NCBI GenBank assembly: GCA_021797895.1
Contig: JAJZYW010000001.1
Coordinates: forward strand, 25,506 to 89,505
From: Candidatus Micrarchaeota archaeon
GTDB lineage: Archaea > Micrarchaeota > Micrarchaeia > Micrarchaeales > Micrarchaeaceae
Length of the DNA: 64,000 bases
Reading direction: 5' to 3'
In this document: one piece after another, positions 51,608-61,645 of the stretch
Layout: the number at the start of each line of letters is the position of its first letter
Position numbering within the stretch: position 1 is the first letter of the stretch
Notes under the pieces: generated by a model
What the model was told of the DNA's origin: nothing
Databases searched by the model: none
The model's input: the letters and a program-made list of their open reading frames with translations, nothing else
Translations under genes and position numbers: made by a program

Positions 51608-54061
51608 CTATATAGGTTCTTGGCTCGGCACTGCATCGCGAGAACCGGGAATGTCAGAGCACTGAACATCCACGACGTTAGCAGGATCGGTGAGCCTCAT
51701 AAGCCTTACTCCTGAGGCTGCCCTTCCAGTAACCCGTACGGACTTTATGCTGAACTGTATTGATATCCCGTCAGAGCTAAGAAGCGTTGCTACGTCTTCT
51801 GGACCCGCCTTGACCGATTTTACGACTTGGCTGCTTTGGCTCTTAAGCTTCATGTTGAGCACGCCAGAACCTCCGCGCCTCTGGAGCCTGTAGCGCGCCA
51901 GCTCCGTCACCTTGCCGTATCCGTCGCTGCTTACCGACAATATCATGTCATCCTTTGGCGAGGCTGCTGCTATGATGCTCACGGCAGAGTCTCCCTTCTT
52001 GAGGCGTATGCCCCTTACTCCATGGGCTGCCCTCGACATTGGTCTAACGTCAGTTTCCATAAATCTTATCGATTTGCCACTTTTAGTCGATATAAATATC
52101 TCTGATTTGCCGTCAGAGACGCATATGTCAGATATGGAATCAGATTCGTTAAGCGGGATAGCCTTGACTCCTGTGGACCTTTGGTTCATGAATTTTGCAC
52201 CGCGAACGCGCTTGATTAGGCCGTTCTTCGTAAGAAAGACGATGAACCTGTTTTCTATGTCTCCGACCTTGAGTATCTTTTCGACCTTTTCCTGGCCAAG
52301 TCCTTCAAGCACATTGACAAGTGGTTTGCCTGGAGAATACCTGTCGCCCTGTGGCAAGCTGTACGCCTTGCACCAATATGCCCTCCCGCGGTCAGTGAAT
52401 AGTATCAGGAGGTCCTTGGTTCTGCACTGCACCATCTGCTTGACAATGTCGCTCTCCTTGAGGTTTATTGCTATCACGCCCTTGCCGCCGCGCTCCTGCT
52501 GGCGGTACAGTTTTGGATCCATGCGCTTTGCGTAGTTGCCCTTCGTCAGTATTATCATAGTGTCTTCATCGTTTATCAGGTCCTCCATCTCTATGCCGTT
52601 TGATTCGGTCTCCTGAAGCATTTCGGTCCTGCGCGGGCGGCCGTACTTCTCCTTTACGTAAGCGGATTCTTCCTTGATTACCTGGTAGATTTTTGCCGGG
52701 CTGCCGAGAAGCTCTTTGTATCCGGAGATCTTTGACTTCAGGTCCTCGAACTCCGTACGTATCGAATTTATCTCGAGGTTGGTGAGCTTGGAAAGCTTCA
52801 TGTCCAGTATCGCTGCAGTCTGCTTTTCGCTCAGGCCGTACTTGGAACTCATACTGTCTTTCGCTTCTTTGGAATCGCGGCTTTTCTTTATGAGCTCTAT
52901 GACCTCCTCTATGTTTTCCAGGGCTATTATCAGGCCCTCGACGATATGCTTCCTGTCCTCTGCGACCTTGAGATCGTACTTTGTCCTGTTTGTTATTACC
53001 TCGAACCTGTGCTCAACGAATATCTTTATGAAATTCCGAATGTTCAGCGTGAGGAGCCTGTTTCCTATCACTGCTATGTTTATCGCCGGGAGGGTAATCT
53101 GCATCTGGGTGTGCTTGTACAGCGAGTTTATGACGTACTCAGAGTTTGTGTCCTTCTTTATCTCTATCACTACGCGCATGCCGTCCCTGCCGCTTTCGTC
53201 GCGTATGTCCATTATGCCGTTGATCTTCTTGTCCCTCGCAAGCATAGCTATGGATTCGGTGAGCGACGCCTTGTTCACAGTATAAGGTATCTCGGTTATT
53301 ATCAGACTGTCCCTGCTTTTGCCAGGCTCGTAATCGATTTTGCCGCGCAGTATGACGGACCCCCTGCCTGAGGTATATGAGTCATAAAGCGATTTGCTGT
53401 AGAAAGCCTTGCCGCCCGTTGGGAAATCAGGCCCTTTTATTATCTTAAGGAGTTCCTCGACCTTTATCTCAGGATTATCAACGTATGCGGAAACAGCGTC
53501 GCATATCTCGGCCAGGTTGTGTGGCAGTATGTTTGTGGCGACACCGACGGCTATGCCTGAGGACCCGTTCACCAGCGCGTTAGGAAACTTGCTCGGAAGA
53601 ACGACGGGCTCCTCTTCGGTATTGTCGAAATTTGGTATGAAGCGCACAGCTTCCTTGTCCAGGTCCTGCAGCATCTCCTCGGCGAGCTTGGCTAGCCTTA
53701 CTTCGGTGTACCTTTGGGCGGCAGGCGGATCCCCGTCTATAGAGCCCATATTGCCCTGGCCTTCGACAAGGGTGTGATTGAGCGTGAAATCCTGAGCCAT
53801 CCTCACCATCGTCTCGTATACTGCTACGTCGCCGTGCGGATGGTATTTGCCTATTACCTCACCGACTATCCTTGCGCTCTTCTTTGTGGCGCTGCTGTGG
53901 AGATTGCCGAGCCTGTACATCGCATACAGTACGCGCCTTTGCGCAGGCTTGAGGCCATCACGCGCATCAGGAAGCGCCCTGCCTACTATAACGCTCATTG
54001 CGTAGTCTATGTAGCTGGTCTGCATTTCCTTCTCTATGCTCGTATCTATCGTTTCGCCCAT
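51608..54061 (-). CDS. gyrA: DNA gyrase subunit A
   Basis: [37 protein letters not shown] and a C-terminal beta-pinwheel repeat region. 817 aa. Confidence 0.95.
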   Translation of the reverse strand: MGETIDTSIEKEMQTSYIDYAMSVIVGRALPDARDGLKPAQRRVLYAMYRLGNLHSSATKKSARIVGEVIGKYHPHGDVAVYETMVRMAQDFTLNHTLVEGQGNMGSIDGDPPAAQRYTEVRLAKLAEEMLQDLDKEAVRFIPNFDNTEEEPVVLPSKFPNALVNGSSGIAVGVATNILPHNLAEICDAVSAYVDNPEIKVEELLKIIKGPDFPTGGKAFYSKSLYDSYTSGRGSVILRGKIDYEPGKSRDSLIITEIPYTVNKASLTESIAMLARDKKINGIMDIRDESGRDGMRVVIEIKKDTNSEYVINSLYKHTQMQITLPAINIAVIGNRLLTLNIRNFIKIFVEHRFEVITNRTKYDLKVAEDRKHIVEGLIIALENIEEVIELIKKSRDSKEAKDSMSSKYGLSEKQTAAILDMKLSKLTNLEINSIRTEFEDLKSKISGYKELLGSPAKIYQVIKEESAYVKEKYGRPRRTEMLQETESNGIEMEDLINDEDTMIILTKGNYAKRMDPKLYRQQERGGKGVIAINLKESDIVKQMVQCRTKDLLILFTDRGRAYWCKAYSLPQGDRYSPGKPLVNVLEGLGQEKVEKILKVGDIENRFIVFLTKNGLIKRVRGAKFMNQRSTGVKAIPLNESDSISDICVSDGKSEIFISTKSGKSIRFMETDVRPMSRAAHGVRGIRLKKGDSAVSIIAAASPKDDMILSVSSDGYGKVTELARYRLQRRGGSGVLNMKLKSQSSQVVKSVKAGPEDVATLLSSDGISIQFSIKSVRVTGRAASGVRLMRLTDPANVVDVQCSDIPGSRDAVPSQEPI

Positions 54062-54069
54062 AGATGCAC

Positions 54070-55992
54070 CTATATGTCAAGGAAGGACACTTCAGTAGAA
54101 TGCTCTTCAAGGAACTTCCGCCTCTCTGATACGTCCGCGCCCATAAGCGTCGTGAATATTGCATCAGCCTTTTCGGCGTCCCTTATCGACACCTTTTTCA
54201 GGACCCTTGATTTCGGATCCATGGTCGTTTCCCATAGCTGCTCGGGATTCATCTCGCCGAGACCCTTATACCTCTGCACTGTGGATTGCTCGCCAAGTTC
54301 CTTCAAGGCTTCATCCAATCCCGCATCTGAATATGCATATTTTACGTGCTTGCCCTTGGAAATCTTGTAAAGAGGAGGTTGCGCTATGTAAAGGTTGCCG
54401 CGCTCTATGAGAGAGCGCATGTATCTGTAAAGGAACGTCATAAGCAGCGTCCTTATGTGGCTGCCATCCACATCTGCATCGGTGAGCAGTATTATCTTGT
54501 TGTACCTTAGCTTGTTTGGGTCGAACGTCTCCCTTATGCCTGTTCCGAATGCAGCAACCATCATGTGGAGTTCCTTGTTTGAGAATATCTTCTCGTCCGT
54601 AGCCTTTTCGACGTTGAGCACCTTTCCCCTGAGCGGCAGTATAGCCTGATAAAACCTGTCCCTGCCCTGCTTGCTCGAGCCTGCTGCGCTGTCCCCTTCA
54701 ACTATGAATATCTCTGTCTTCTCCGGGTCGCTCTCGGTACAGTCGGCGAGCTTGCCTGACAGCAGAGGCCCATCGAATATGCCCTTCTTCCTTGACAGCT
54801 CCCTGGCGCGTTTGGCGGATTCGCGTGCACGCGCGGCGCCGTAGACTTTTTCAAGTATCCTGCCAGCTTCCTGAGGGTTCTCCTCAAGGTACCTGCTGAA
54901 CTCCGAATATACGATGCTGTCGACAATACTCTTGACCGCTGAATTTCCGAGCTTCTCCTTCGTCTGGCCTTCGAACTCAGGATTCTGCAGCATTATGGAT
55001 ATTATCCCATAGAGGCCTTCCCGGGTGTCCTCGCCCTCGAGAGGTATGTTCTCCTTCTGCTTCTTTGGATTCCTCTGTATGTAGTTTGTTATAGCCCTCG
55101 TTATGGCTGTCTTGAAGCCGGTTAGGTGGGTTCCTCCCTCAGGAGTCTTTATCTTGTTCACGAACGAAACGAGATTCTCATTGTATGCGCTGACGTACTG
55201 GAAAATCGCATTGACCTCGGTGCTCCCCTCAGATTTCGATATCAATATAGGATTGGATACGCTCTCCTTGTGCTCAGTTATGTACCCAAGGAAATCAAGT
55301 ATGCCATTCTGCGACGAATATCTTTTCTCCTTCTGCTGTTCGCCGCGCTTGTCAACAAGTGTTATCGTCACGCCCTTGTTTAGGTATGATAGGTCCCTGA
55401 TTCTCTCCTCAAGCTCTATTGTGTCGAAGTTAAGCGCGCTGAATATTTCGCGGTCAGGCTTGAATTTTATCGTAGTGCCTGAGGTTCCATCTTTGTATTC
55501 CCCTATCTGCTCGAGTTTTGAAACTGGAGCGCCACGGCTGAACTCCTGGCGGTATGTTTTCCCGTCGCGCCTCACCGTAACGGTCGTATATTCAGAAAGC
55601 GAGTTTACCACTGTGAGACCGACGCCGTGAAGGCCGCCGGATACCTTGTAAGCTTTGTTTTCGAATTTGCCGCCCGCATGGATTGATGTCATTATGACTT
55701 CCAGCGCAGGCCTGTTGATTTTTGGCATTATGTCGACAGGTATGCCCCTGCCGTCATCGGATACTTCTGCCGTATCCACTTCGTCCTCTCTCTCAAGGAC
55801 TATGGATATGTTGTGGCAGTAGCCTGCCATGGCCTCGTCTATCGAATTGTCGAGCACCTCGTACAGCAGGTGGGTAAACCCTTGTGGGCCTGTTGAGCCG
55901 ATGTACATTGCGGGGCGCTTCCTGATGCCCTGCGGACCGGAAAGAACGGTTATGTCTTTTGCAGTATACCCATTAGAATCGTTTGTGTCCAT
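54070..55992 (-). CDS. gyrB: DNA gyrase subunit B
   Basis: GHKL ATPase motifs ([26 protein letters not shown]), Toprim [12 protein letters not shown]-like ([13 protein letters not shown]) and [10 protein letters not shown]. 640 aa. Confidence 0.95.
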   Translation of the reverse strand: MDTNDSNGYTAKDITVLSGPQGIRKRPAMYIGSTGPQGFTHLLYEVLDNSIDEAMAGYCHNISIVLEREDEVDTAEVSDDGRGIPVDIMPKINRPALEVIMTSIHAGGKFENKAYKVSGGLHGVGLTVVNSLSEYTTVTVRRDGKTYRQEFSRGAPVSKLEQIGEYKDGTSGTTIKFKPDREIFSALNFDTIELEERIRDLSYLNKGVTITLVDKRGEQQKEKRYSSQNGILDFLGYITEHKESVSNPILISKSEGSTEVNAIFQYVSAYNENLVSFVNKIKTPEGGTHLTGFKTAITRAITNYIQRNPKKQKENIPLEGEDTREGLYGIISIMLQNPEFEGQTKEKLGNSAVKSIVDSIVYSEFSRYLEENPQEAGRILEKVYGAARARESAKRARELSRKKGIFDGPLLSGKLADCTESDPEKTEIFIVEGDSAAGSSKQGRDRFYQAILPLRGKVLNVEKATDEKIFSNKELHMMVAAFGTGIRETFDPNKLRYNKIILLTDADVDGSHIRTLLMTFLYRYMRSLIERGNLYIAQPPLYKISKGKHVKYAYSDAGLDEALKELGEQSTVQRYKGLGEMNPEQLWETTMDPKSRVLKKVSIRDAEKADAIFTTLMGADVSERRKFLEEHSTEVSFLDI

Positions 55993-56083
55993 AAAACCAG
56001 TCCGCCTCTCATATAATTTATATTATTTTGTGTTTATAATACTTATGGTAAAGAGACTGTAACCTCGTATTTTTGGCGGTTTA

Positions 56084-56494
56084 ATGAACAAAAAGTATAT
56101 CCTTTTATTTTTCCTTTTGATAGGGCTGGTGGATGCCGGATACCTCACTTTTGCCCATTTTTCTAAAGCGCAGCTCTACTGCAGCAACAGTGGGATAATC
56201 AACTGCCAGGCAGTAACTACAAGCAAGCTTTCGACTGTCATAGGGATACCTATAGCGCTATTGGGGCTCATATGGTTTGCTGTTGCGATAATGGCGTTTG
56301 TTGCTTTTCCGAAACTTCTGGCGCCATGGCAGTACTTGGGCATACTGGGCATGGTGTATTCGATAAGCGGAATGGCTATCCTGGGAGAGATATGCGAATA
56401 CTGCTCGCTACTTGATGCAATGCTGCTGGGCTCCGCAATAATGGTCCTTGTATTTGGTATAGGAGTTAAAGGTAAGCTGAATGAAAGAAGTTAG
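56084..56494 (+). CDS. Vitamin K epoxide reductase (VKOR)-family membrane oxidoreductase
   Basis: Four hydrophobic helices, a loop cysteine pair (YCSNSGIINCQAV) followed by S...GIPIALLG, and an active-site CEYC in the last helix. Confidence 0.75.
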   Translation: MNKKYILLFFLLIGLVDAGYLTFAHFSKAQLYCSNSGIINCQAVTTSKLSTVIGIPIALLGLIWFAVAIMAFVAFPKLLAPWQYLGILGMVYSISGMAILGEICEYCSLLDAMLLGSAIMVLVFGIGVKGKLNERS

Positions 56495-57608
56495 GTACAT
56501 AAGGGACCCTGTTTTTGGGAACATAGAGCTTTCAGAAGTTGAAGCACGCATACTGGAGACCAAGGAGATGCAGAGGCTTAGGAGGATAAAGCAACTCGGC
56601 AATGCATATCTTGTATACCCTGGCGCGACGCACAACAGATTCCAGCATTCGCTCGGAACGATGGAGGCTACCAAGCGCCTTTCAAGGCAGCTTTTCGGCT
56701 CGGAGATGGAGGCTCTCTCACTGGTAGGGATGCTGCACGACATAGGGCATGCCCCGCTATCACATACGCTAGACAGCCAGTATGAGCAGCACCTGGGCAA
56801 GGGCCACGAGCAGATTGGCCTGGACCTGATATTCGGCTCGGAGATTTGGGACATTGTTTCTGGGAGCAGCGTTTCAAAGAGAGAATTCGCTGATCTGTTC
56901 TCAGGCAAGGAAAGAGGAAAAGTTGTCGCTGGGGCACTCGGATCTGACAGGGTTGATTACCTTTTAAGGGATGCATACTACACAGGAGTGGCTTTGGGCA
57001 TAATTGATTTCAATAGGATAATAAGCAATGCTAGACTCTACAAAAACGTCCCTGCCATTGAGAAAGGGGGGATAGTCGGCGCCGAATCCTTACTCATTGC
57101 CAGATACTTCATGTTTTCTTCAGTATACACGCACCATGCCGTAGAGATAGCAAATCTCATGGCATCAAAAGCCGCTGGGATGGCAATAGATGACGAAACA
57201 ATAGATCCTGAAAAGCTGTACAGGATGAGCGACCAGGATCTTGAGAACCTGATAATGGACTCTTCAGGCAGGAAGCTGCAGGAGCGCATCAACTATAGGA
57301 CGCTTTACAAGAGGGCGGTTTACTCTGACATAGAAGCTTCCTCAAAGATAAGCCGGGGCGAGATTGATGGGGCGCTATCTAAATCTGGATTGGAGTATGA
57401 CGATTACGTTACCACGGTAATATCTTACAAGCCCGGAGGGGACATAAGCGTTGTCGCCGAGGATGGAAAGTGCCTTGGAGATCTTGGGATGCTGTCGCCC
57501 CTTATAAATACGCTCAACAAGGTTATGGAGGATAAGAGGACGCTGCTTGTCGCATGCGATGAAAAGAACATAGGGAAGGTTAAAAGAGTTATAGGTAAAA
57601 TCTTATAA
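56481..57608 (+). CDS. HD-domain phosphohydrolase (COG1078, dNTP triphosphohydrolase/SAMHD1-like)
   Basis: RFQHSLGT, LHDIGHAPLSH and DRVDYLLRDAYYTGV motifs. Confidence 0.8.
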   Translation: MKEVRYIRDPVFGNIELSEVEARILETKEMQRLRRIKQLGNAYLVYPGATHNRFQHSLGTMEATKRLSRQLFGSEMEALSLVGMLHDIGHAPLSHTLDSQYEQHLGKGHEQIGLDLIFGSEIWDIVSGSSVSKREFADLFSGKERGKVVAGALGSDRVDYLLRDAYYTGVALGIIDFNRIISNARLYKNVPAIEKGGIVGAESLLIARYFMFSSVYTHHAVEIANLMASKAAGMAIDDETIDPEKLYRMSDQDLENLIMDSSGRKLQERINYRTLYKRAVYSDIEASSKISRGEIDGALSKSGLEYDDYVTTVISYKPGGDISVVAEDGKCLGDLGMLSPLINTLNKVMEDKRTLLVACDEKNIGKVKRVIGKIL

Positions 57609-57620
57609 TCGCCAACGTGT

Positions 57621-57695
57621 GGGCCCATAGCTCAGCCTGGTCAGAGCGGCTGGCTCTTAACCAGTAGGTCGGGGGTTCAAATCCCCCTGGGCCCG
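57621..57695 (+). tRNA. tRNA-Lys(CUU), intron-less
   Basis: GGGCCCA-UA-GCUC-AGCCUGGUCA-GAGC-G-GCUGG-CUCUUAA-CCAGU-AGGUC-GGGGG-UUCAAAU-CCCCC-UGGGCCC-G. 75 nt; CCA is not encoded. Confidence 0.9.
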
Positions 57696-57701
57696 TGAAC
57701 G

Positions 57702-58877
57702 TCATGGCTGTATCCAGTCTATCTCATAGTATTCGTAGCTGCTCCCTGGAAGCTCAACTCCCTTCACCTTGTAGTAGGTAACTGCTGTTTCCCTGTCAGC
57801 TATCGCTATGACCAGTTCGCAGCCGCTCTCTGACGACTGCCTTATAACCGAGGAAAGCTCGCTTCCCCCTATGTACTCCTCCTCGCTCAGAGACAGCATG
57901 GCAAGGCTGGGCTGCGCGTTTGATGGGTTTTCGGTAGATGTCCCCTTCCTGTGGAATAGGTAAAAGTTTATAGGCAGTTTCTTCTTCCTGCTGCGCCCAG
58001 GTATTGCAAGTATGAACGTCTTCCTCACCGAGTGGGCGACCCTTATCGCGCGTGCCCACTCTGATGTTAGCAGTTTGGAATCGCGCGGGAACACGTGAAG
58101 CACGTGCTTCGAATGGAACCATTCGTTGCTTTTGTCGTCAGGAAGCGCACCAGGAAAGTATATCCTGAAATTCGCACCGAACTTGAATCCTGTTTTGACT
58201 ACGTAGCCCTTCGACCTCCAATCCAGGTACACCGCATACAGCTTTGAGAAATCCCTCCTGCGTGCGGATGATATTCTAACTATGTCCTTCGATGAGAGCC
58301 CTTCTATCTGCAGAACGCCAAGGTCCATAAGGAAAACGGTCTCATATGCATCCAGTTTGTTCAGGCTGCCGCGCGATGATGCTTTGTAGTTGCCGTACTG
58401 CCCAAGCCAGAACCTGCGGTATAGGTCCTCTCCGGCCTCAGGATCAGAGACGATTGTTATCAGATCATCTTGGAAGAATGTGCCGGACGCCTTTTTTGAG
58501 GGGGGCTTGAACTTTGATGTGGGGTACTTCTTTGCAGGGTCCTTGTGCTTGTGGGGCTTTATCTCAATGCTGTCAGGGGTCTTGGCTATAAGGCCACGCT
58601 CGCGCCAGTCCTTGAAAGTAAAATATTTTGCCATGAACTTTTTAGAGGCTGCGAACTCAGAGCAAAGCTGGGAAAAGCTTATCGATTCACCGCCTTCCTC
58701 CACTATGCATTCAGCAGCGCGAACGTCCATCAGATACATCGCTTCTATTATGTCCAGGCGGAGCTTTCCGTCAACGCTCTTGCCAAGATAGCCATTAGAC
58801 AGGACATCGGACGTTGACTGGTCTGCCGCAGTTATGGATTTCGTCTTGCGGCTGTAAACAAGCTTGAGGTTTGCCAT
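57702..58877 (-). CDS. endA: tRNA-splicing endonuclease, three-unit (alphaN-alpha-betaC, epsilon2/ARMAN type)
   Basis: 391 aa, far longer than the ~180-aa alpha4 enzymes. The central catalytic unit is YLDWRSKGYVVKTGFKFGANFRIYFPG...WFHSKHVLHVF...AHSVRKTFILAI (Tyr/His/Lys triad context). An extra N-terminal EndA-like N-domain (LDIIEAMYLMD...FKDWRERGLIAKT) precedes it, and an extra C-terminal unit ending YYEIDWIQP follows it. Confidence 0.8.
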   Translation of the reverse strand: MANLKLVYSRKTKSITAADQSTSDVLSNGYLGKSVDGKLRLDIIEAMYLMDVRAAECIVEEGGESISFSQLCSEFAASKKFMAKYFTFKDWRERGLIAKTPDSIEIKPHKHKDPAKKYPTSKFKPPSKKASGTFFQDDLITIVSDPEAGEDLYRRFWLGQYGNYKASSRGSLNKLDAYETVFLMDLGVLQIEGLSSKDIVRISSARRRDFSKLYAVYLDWRSKGYVVKTGFKFGANFRIYFPGALPDDKSNEWFHSKHVLHVFPRDSKLLTSEWARAIRVAHSVRKTFILAIPGRSRKKKLPINFYLFHRKGTSTENPSNAQPSLAMLSLSEEEYIGGSELSSVIRQSSESGCELVIAIADRETAVTYYKVKGVELPGSSYEYYEIDWIQP

Positions 58878-59642
58878 TCACCATTCACCTTTCAGCAGCG
58901 TTTCCGTAAGCTCTTCCTCTATGTAAGATAGTGTTGCTGGTATTATCATAGAGTTCAACCCATTTGCGAAGCCGAGCGAGGCGATCTTGGACAGTGTGCC
59001 CTTAGTAACAGCCTGGCCTTCAAGCCCTATGTTGTGCATGAATATCGCCCGCGATTCGGGGACGAGCAGCCCTTCTTCGTACTCCTCCTCTGCTGCTGCC
59101 AGTATTCCGGACACCTCTCCAAAATCCATTGAGCGACCCTCAACAGGGTCGTAATCGAACAGAAAGAGCGTGTGAAGTCCTGCATCGTAGTTTGACTTAA
59201 GCGCCTCGTAAAACGAGACTGGCTTATAGTGGTCGCTCCAGCGCGCTATTGTGGCTATCCTGCCAAACCTGTAGAAATCAAGCATGCTTTCGCCGAGAGC
59301 CGCCGATGCTATTGAGCTCGAATGCAGTATCTTCCATTTTGCGCCTGCCGCGGCTGCCTCTTCTAGAAGAGTCTTGTGCGTAGTGGCCATAAGCGGATCG
59401 CCCGGAACTAGCACCGCCACGTCGGATTTCAGCGCGACTGTTGCAAGCGCCTTTGAGCCTTCCTCGAGCATGCTGCGCTGCAGCGGCTCAGGAGCTGAGC
59501 CTATCTGCCTTGAGAACGAGTCCATGCTTGATTTTGTTGTAAGGCTGGTATAGGAGTCGATGTATACCTTCGAAGAGGAGCATATTTTTAGCGCCTCCTT
59601 TGAGAGCTCCCCAGAAATACCCGTGCCTATGAGATACAACAT
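58878..59642 (-). CDS. dph5: Diphthine synthase (Dph5)
   Basis: MLYLIGTGISG..., VYIDSYTS, VAVLVPGDPLMATTH and DFYRFG match the tetrapyrrole-methylase-fold Dph5. ATG 59642 is preferred over 59705 because it avoids overlap with radA. Confidence 0.85.
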   Translation of the reverse strand: MLYLIGTGISGELSKEALKICSSSKVYIDSYTSLTTKSSMDSFSRQIGSAPEPLQRSMLEEGSKALATVALKSDVAVLVPGDPLMATTHKTLLEEAAAAGAKWKILHSSSIASAALGESMLDFYRFGRIATIARWSDHYKPVSFYEALKSNYDAGLHTLFLFDYDPVEGRSMDFGEVSGILAAAEEEYEEGLLVPESRAIFMHNIGLEGQAVTKGTLSKIASLGFANGLNSMIIPATLSYIEEELTETLLKGEW

Positions 59643-59665
59643 CGCCGCACCGCAAACCCTTGGCA

Positions 59666-60640
59666 TCAGCTCTTTATGCCCTCGGAAGTAAGCTTTATCA
59701 CGCACTCGCCCTCTGGCATGCTTGGCGAATCAACGAGCCTTACTATGCGCTTCTCCTCCTTGCTCTTCCTCATGTAAAGCCTGGTTGTCGCAGCATGCGC
59801 CACTATGTTCCCGCCTATCGGCGTTGTAGGGTCGCCAAAAAGTATGCCGGGGTTGTCCATGACCTGGTTTGTTATGTATATCGCCAGATTGTACTTGTCA
59901 GCGAGCGTCTGGAGCCTGTGTATGTGCATGTTGAGCTTCTGCTGCCTCTCTCCGAGCGCGCCCCTGCCCACGTACTCCGACCTGAATAGCGATGTCATCG
60001 AGTCCACCACTATGAGCTTTATGTTGTTCTCCTGTATGAGCTTGTCTGCGCGCTCTGCCGTAAGTATCTGCTGGCTGGTTGTAAGGGCGCGGACGTATGC
60101 AATCTTCGAGAGCACCTCCTTCGGGTCGAGCCCTTTCGCCTCTGCAATTTGCGTAATCCTTTCTGGCCTGAAGGTGCCTTCCGTATCTATGAACAGCGCA
60201 CTGCCGTTTATGCCGCCATCCTTGACGGGAAGCTGCACGTTTATGCTGAGCTGGAAGCCGAGCTGTGTCTTGCCGCTGGAGAACTTTCCGTATGCCTCCG
60301 TTATTGCGTTTGTCTCGACCCCGCCACCTATCATTTCGTCAAGGTCCTTTGCTCCTGTGCTTATCTTGCCTATTGCGTCGCGGCGCTCCAGAACCTGCGC
60401 ACCTGTCTCGTATTCCACTGTAGTAGACTCCTGGGCTACCTGCACTGCCTTTTTGGCTGCATCTACGCTTATTCCAGCCATCTCGGAGAGCTCGTGCGGC
60501 GCCATTATGGCAACCTTATCAAGGGAATCCACCCCATTGCTCTTGAGCTTGGCTGAGGCAGCCTCGCCTATACCTGGCAGGTCTTCGATCTCGCGGACCA
60601 CCTTTTCCTTGGCCATTTTAACACGCAAAGTATTAGACAC
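59666..60640 (-). CDS. radA: DNA repair and recombination protein RadA
   Basis: N-terminal HhH domain (IEDLPGIGEAASAKL), Walker A YGKFSSGKTQ, Walker B LIVVDS and the ...GGNIVAHAATTR pattern. Confidence 0.95.
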   Translation of the reverse strand: MSNTLRVKMAKEKVVREIEDLPGIGEAASAKLKSNGVDSLDKVAIMAPHELSEMAGISVDAAKKAVQVAQESTTVEYETGAQVLERRDAIGKISTGAKDLDEMIGGGVETNAITEAYGKFSSGKTQLGFQLSINVQLPVKDGGINGSALFIDTEGTFRPERITQIAEAKGLDPKEVLSKIAYVRALTTSQQILTAERADKLIQENNIKLIVVDSMTSLFRSEYVGRGALGERQQKLNMHIHRLQTLADKYNLAIYITNQVMDNPGILFGDPTTPIGGNIVAHAATTRLYMRKSKEEKRIVRLVDSPSMPEGECVIKLTSEGIKS

Positions 60641-60735
60641 ATATTATACGGACTAAGGTTTAATAAAGATTAGCATATAGAATATCTGGGCAGGGAAGCT
60701 GTGTGCGTAACGCTAAAAAACCGATAAGAAATAGT

Positions 60736-60757
60736 GCCAGCGTGTTTCCACGCTGGC
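60736..60757 (-). other. Perfect 9-bp GC-rich hairpin followed (on the minus strand) by a T6 run
   Basis: GCCAGCGUG-GAAA-CACGCUGGC on the minus strand. UUUUUU lies 15 nt downstream (60715-60720). The element sits in the 218-bp radA/DUF92 divergent intergenic region. Confidence 0.4.
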
Positions 60758-60820
60758 AAGGCGACCAGTTCTTCACGACTTTCCTACAGTAGAGAACCCG
60801 TAATAACATATAAAAGGATA

Positions 60821-60828
60821 TATTTAAA
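60821..60828 (+). promoter_or_regulatory. TATA-like box TATTTAAA upstream of the DUF92 gene
   Basis: The octamer lies 37-44 nt upstream of ATG 60865. This is the third copy of this octamer in the window in a promoter-like position. Confidence 0.35.
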
Positions 60829-60864
60829 AGACTTCCTTATTAGCGGAATTTAAACCTTGTGGTA

Positions 60865-61554
60865 ATGATGAATTTCCTCACGCTTGACAGTGCAGCTGTA
60901 GGAAGCGCCCTAGTTTTGGCGCTCGCCTTCTGGTTCATAGGGGGCGGATACTGGGCATTTATGATAGTGGAGATGTTCATATTTCTGGCAGTTTCGGCCC
61001 TGGTGACATGGGTTGGGACGGCGTACAAGAAGAGGAAGAAGCTATATCAGAAAAGTAGGACTGCCGAAAACGTTGTCGCCAATGGGCTTGCGCCTCTGCT
61101 GTTCGCATGCCTGATATACCTCGGCCACCTTCATTCCATAAGTTTCGTAGAATATGCAGGAATTTTTGGGTTCATAGGCAGCGTGGCTGCGATAACCGCG
61201 GACAAGTTCAGCAGCGAGCTTGGTGTGCTGGACGGGGTTCCAAGAATGATCTTCACGTTCAGGAAATGCAAGAAGGGAGAGAGTGGCGGGATGACTGCAG
61301 TCGGTCTGCTCTCCGGGCTGCTTGGATCTGCCATAATAGCGGCCACTGTGGTACCGTTCATGCTTTATTTTGGAGTGGCTGCCCCTAACCTTTACATTGG
61401 AGTGGCTGCGGTGCTCGCAGGGGGATTCATTGGCACTGTCGTAGATTCGGCATTTGGATTCTTCGAAAACAAGGGTTTCGGCACAAAGTACACGACGAAC
61501 TTTGCCTGCAGCATCGCAGGGGGAATAGCGGTCATGCTTATACTGTTGGCATGA
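60865..61554 (+). CDS. DUF92/COG1836 (TMEM19 / VTE6-like) integral membrane protein
   Basis: Polytopic membrane protein with ITADKFSSELGVL, resembling the DUF92 signature (ADTxASExG). Confidence 0.55.
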   Translation: MMNFLTLDSAAVGSALVLALAFWFIGGGYWAFMIVEMFIFLAVSALVTWVGTAYKKRKKLYQKSRTAENVVANGLAPLLFACLIYLGHLHSISFVEYAGIFGFIGSVAAITADKFSSELGVLDGVPRMIFTFRKCKKGESGGMTAVGLLSGLLGSAIIAATVVPFMLYFGVAAPNLYIGVAAVLAGGFIGTVVDSAFGFFENKGFGTKYTTNFACSIAGGIAVMLILLA

Positions 61555-61557
61555 TGG

Positions 61558-61644
61558 TGCGCCAGCCGGGATTTGAACCCGGGCCTTCGGCTTTTTCCAA
61601 TGAGTATGGGAAGCCGATATCCTACCAGGCTAGATTACTAGCGC
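61558..61644 (-). tRNA. tRNA-Gly(CCC) with a 14-nt intron at the canonical 37/38 position
   Basis: Minus-strand RNA: acceptor GCGCUAG/CUGGCGC with discriminator A. D arm AUCU-AGCCUGGUA-GGAU. Anticodon stem UCGGC/GCCGA with loop UUCCCA|UACUCAUUGGAAAA|A. T arm CCGGG-UUCAAAU-CCCGG. 87 nt. Confidence 0.85.
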
Positions 61645-61645
61645 G

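Noticed and set aside
61593-61612. Alternative reading of the tRNA at 61558-61644 as a CAU-anticodon (Met/Ile2) tRNA, because CUCAU occurs in the inserted segment.
   Set aside because: That register would put a pyrimidine at position 37 and leave no BHB. The CCC reading gives U33, A37 and a perfect 4-bp BHB helix with 3-nt bulges.
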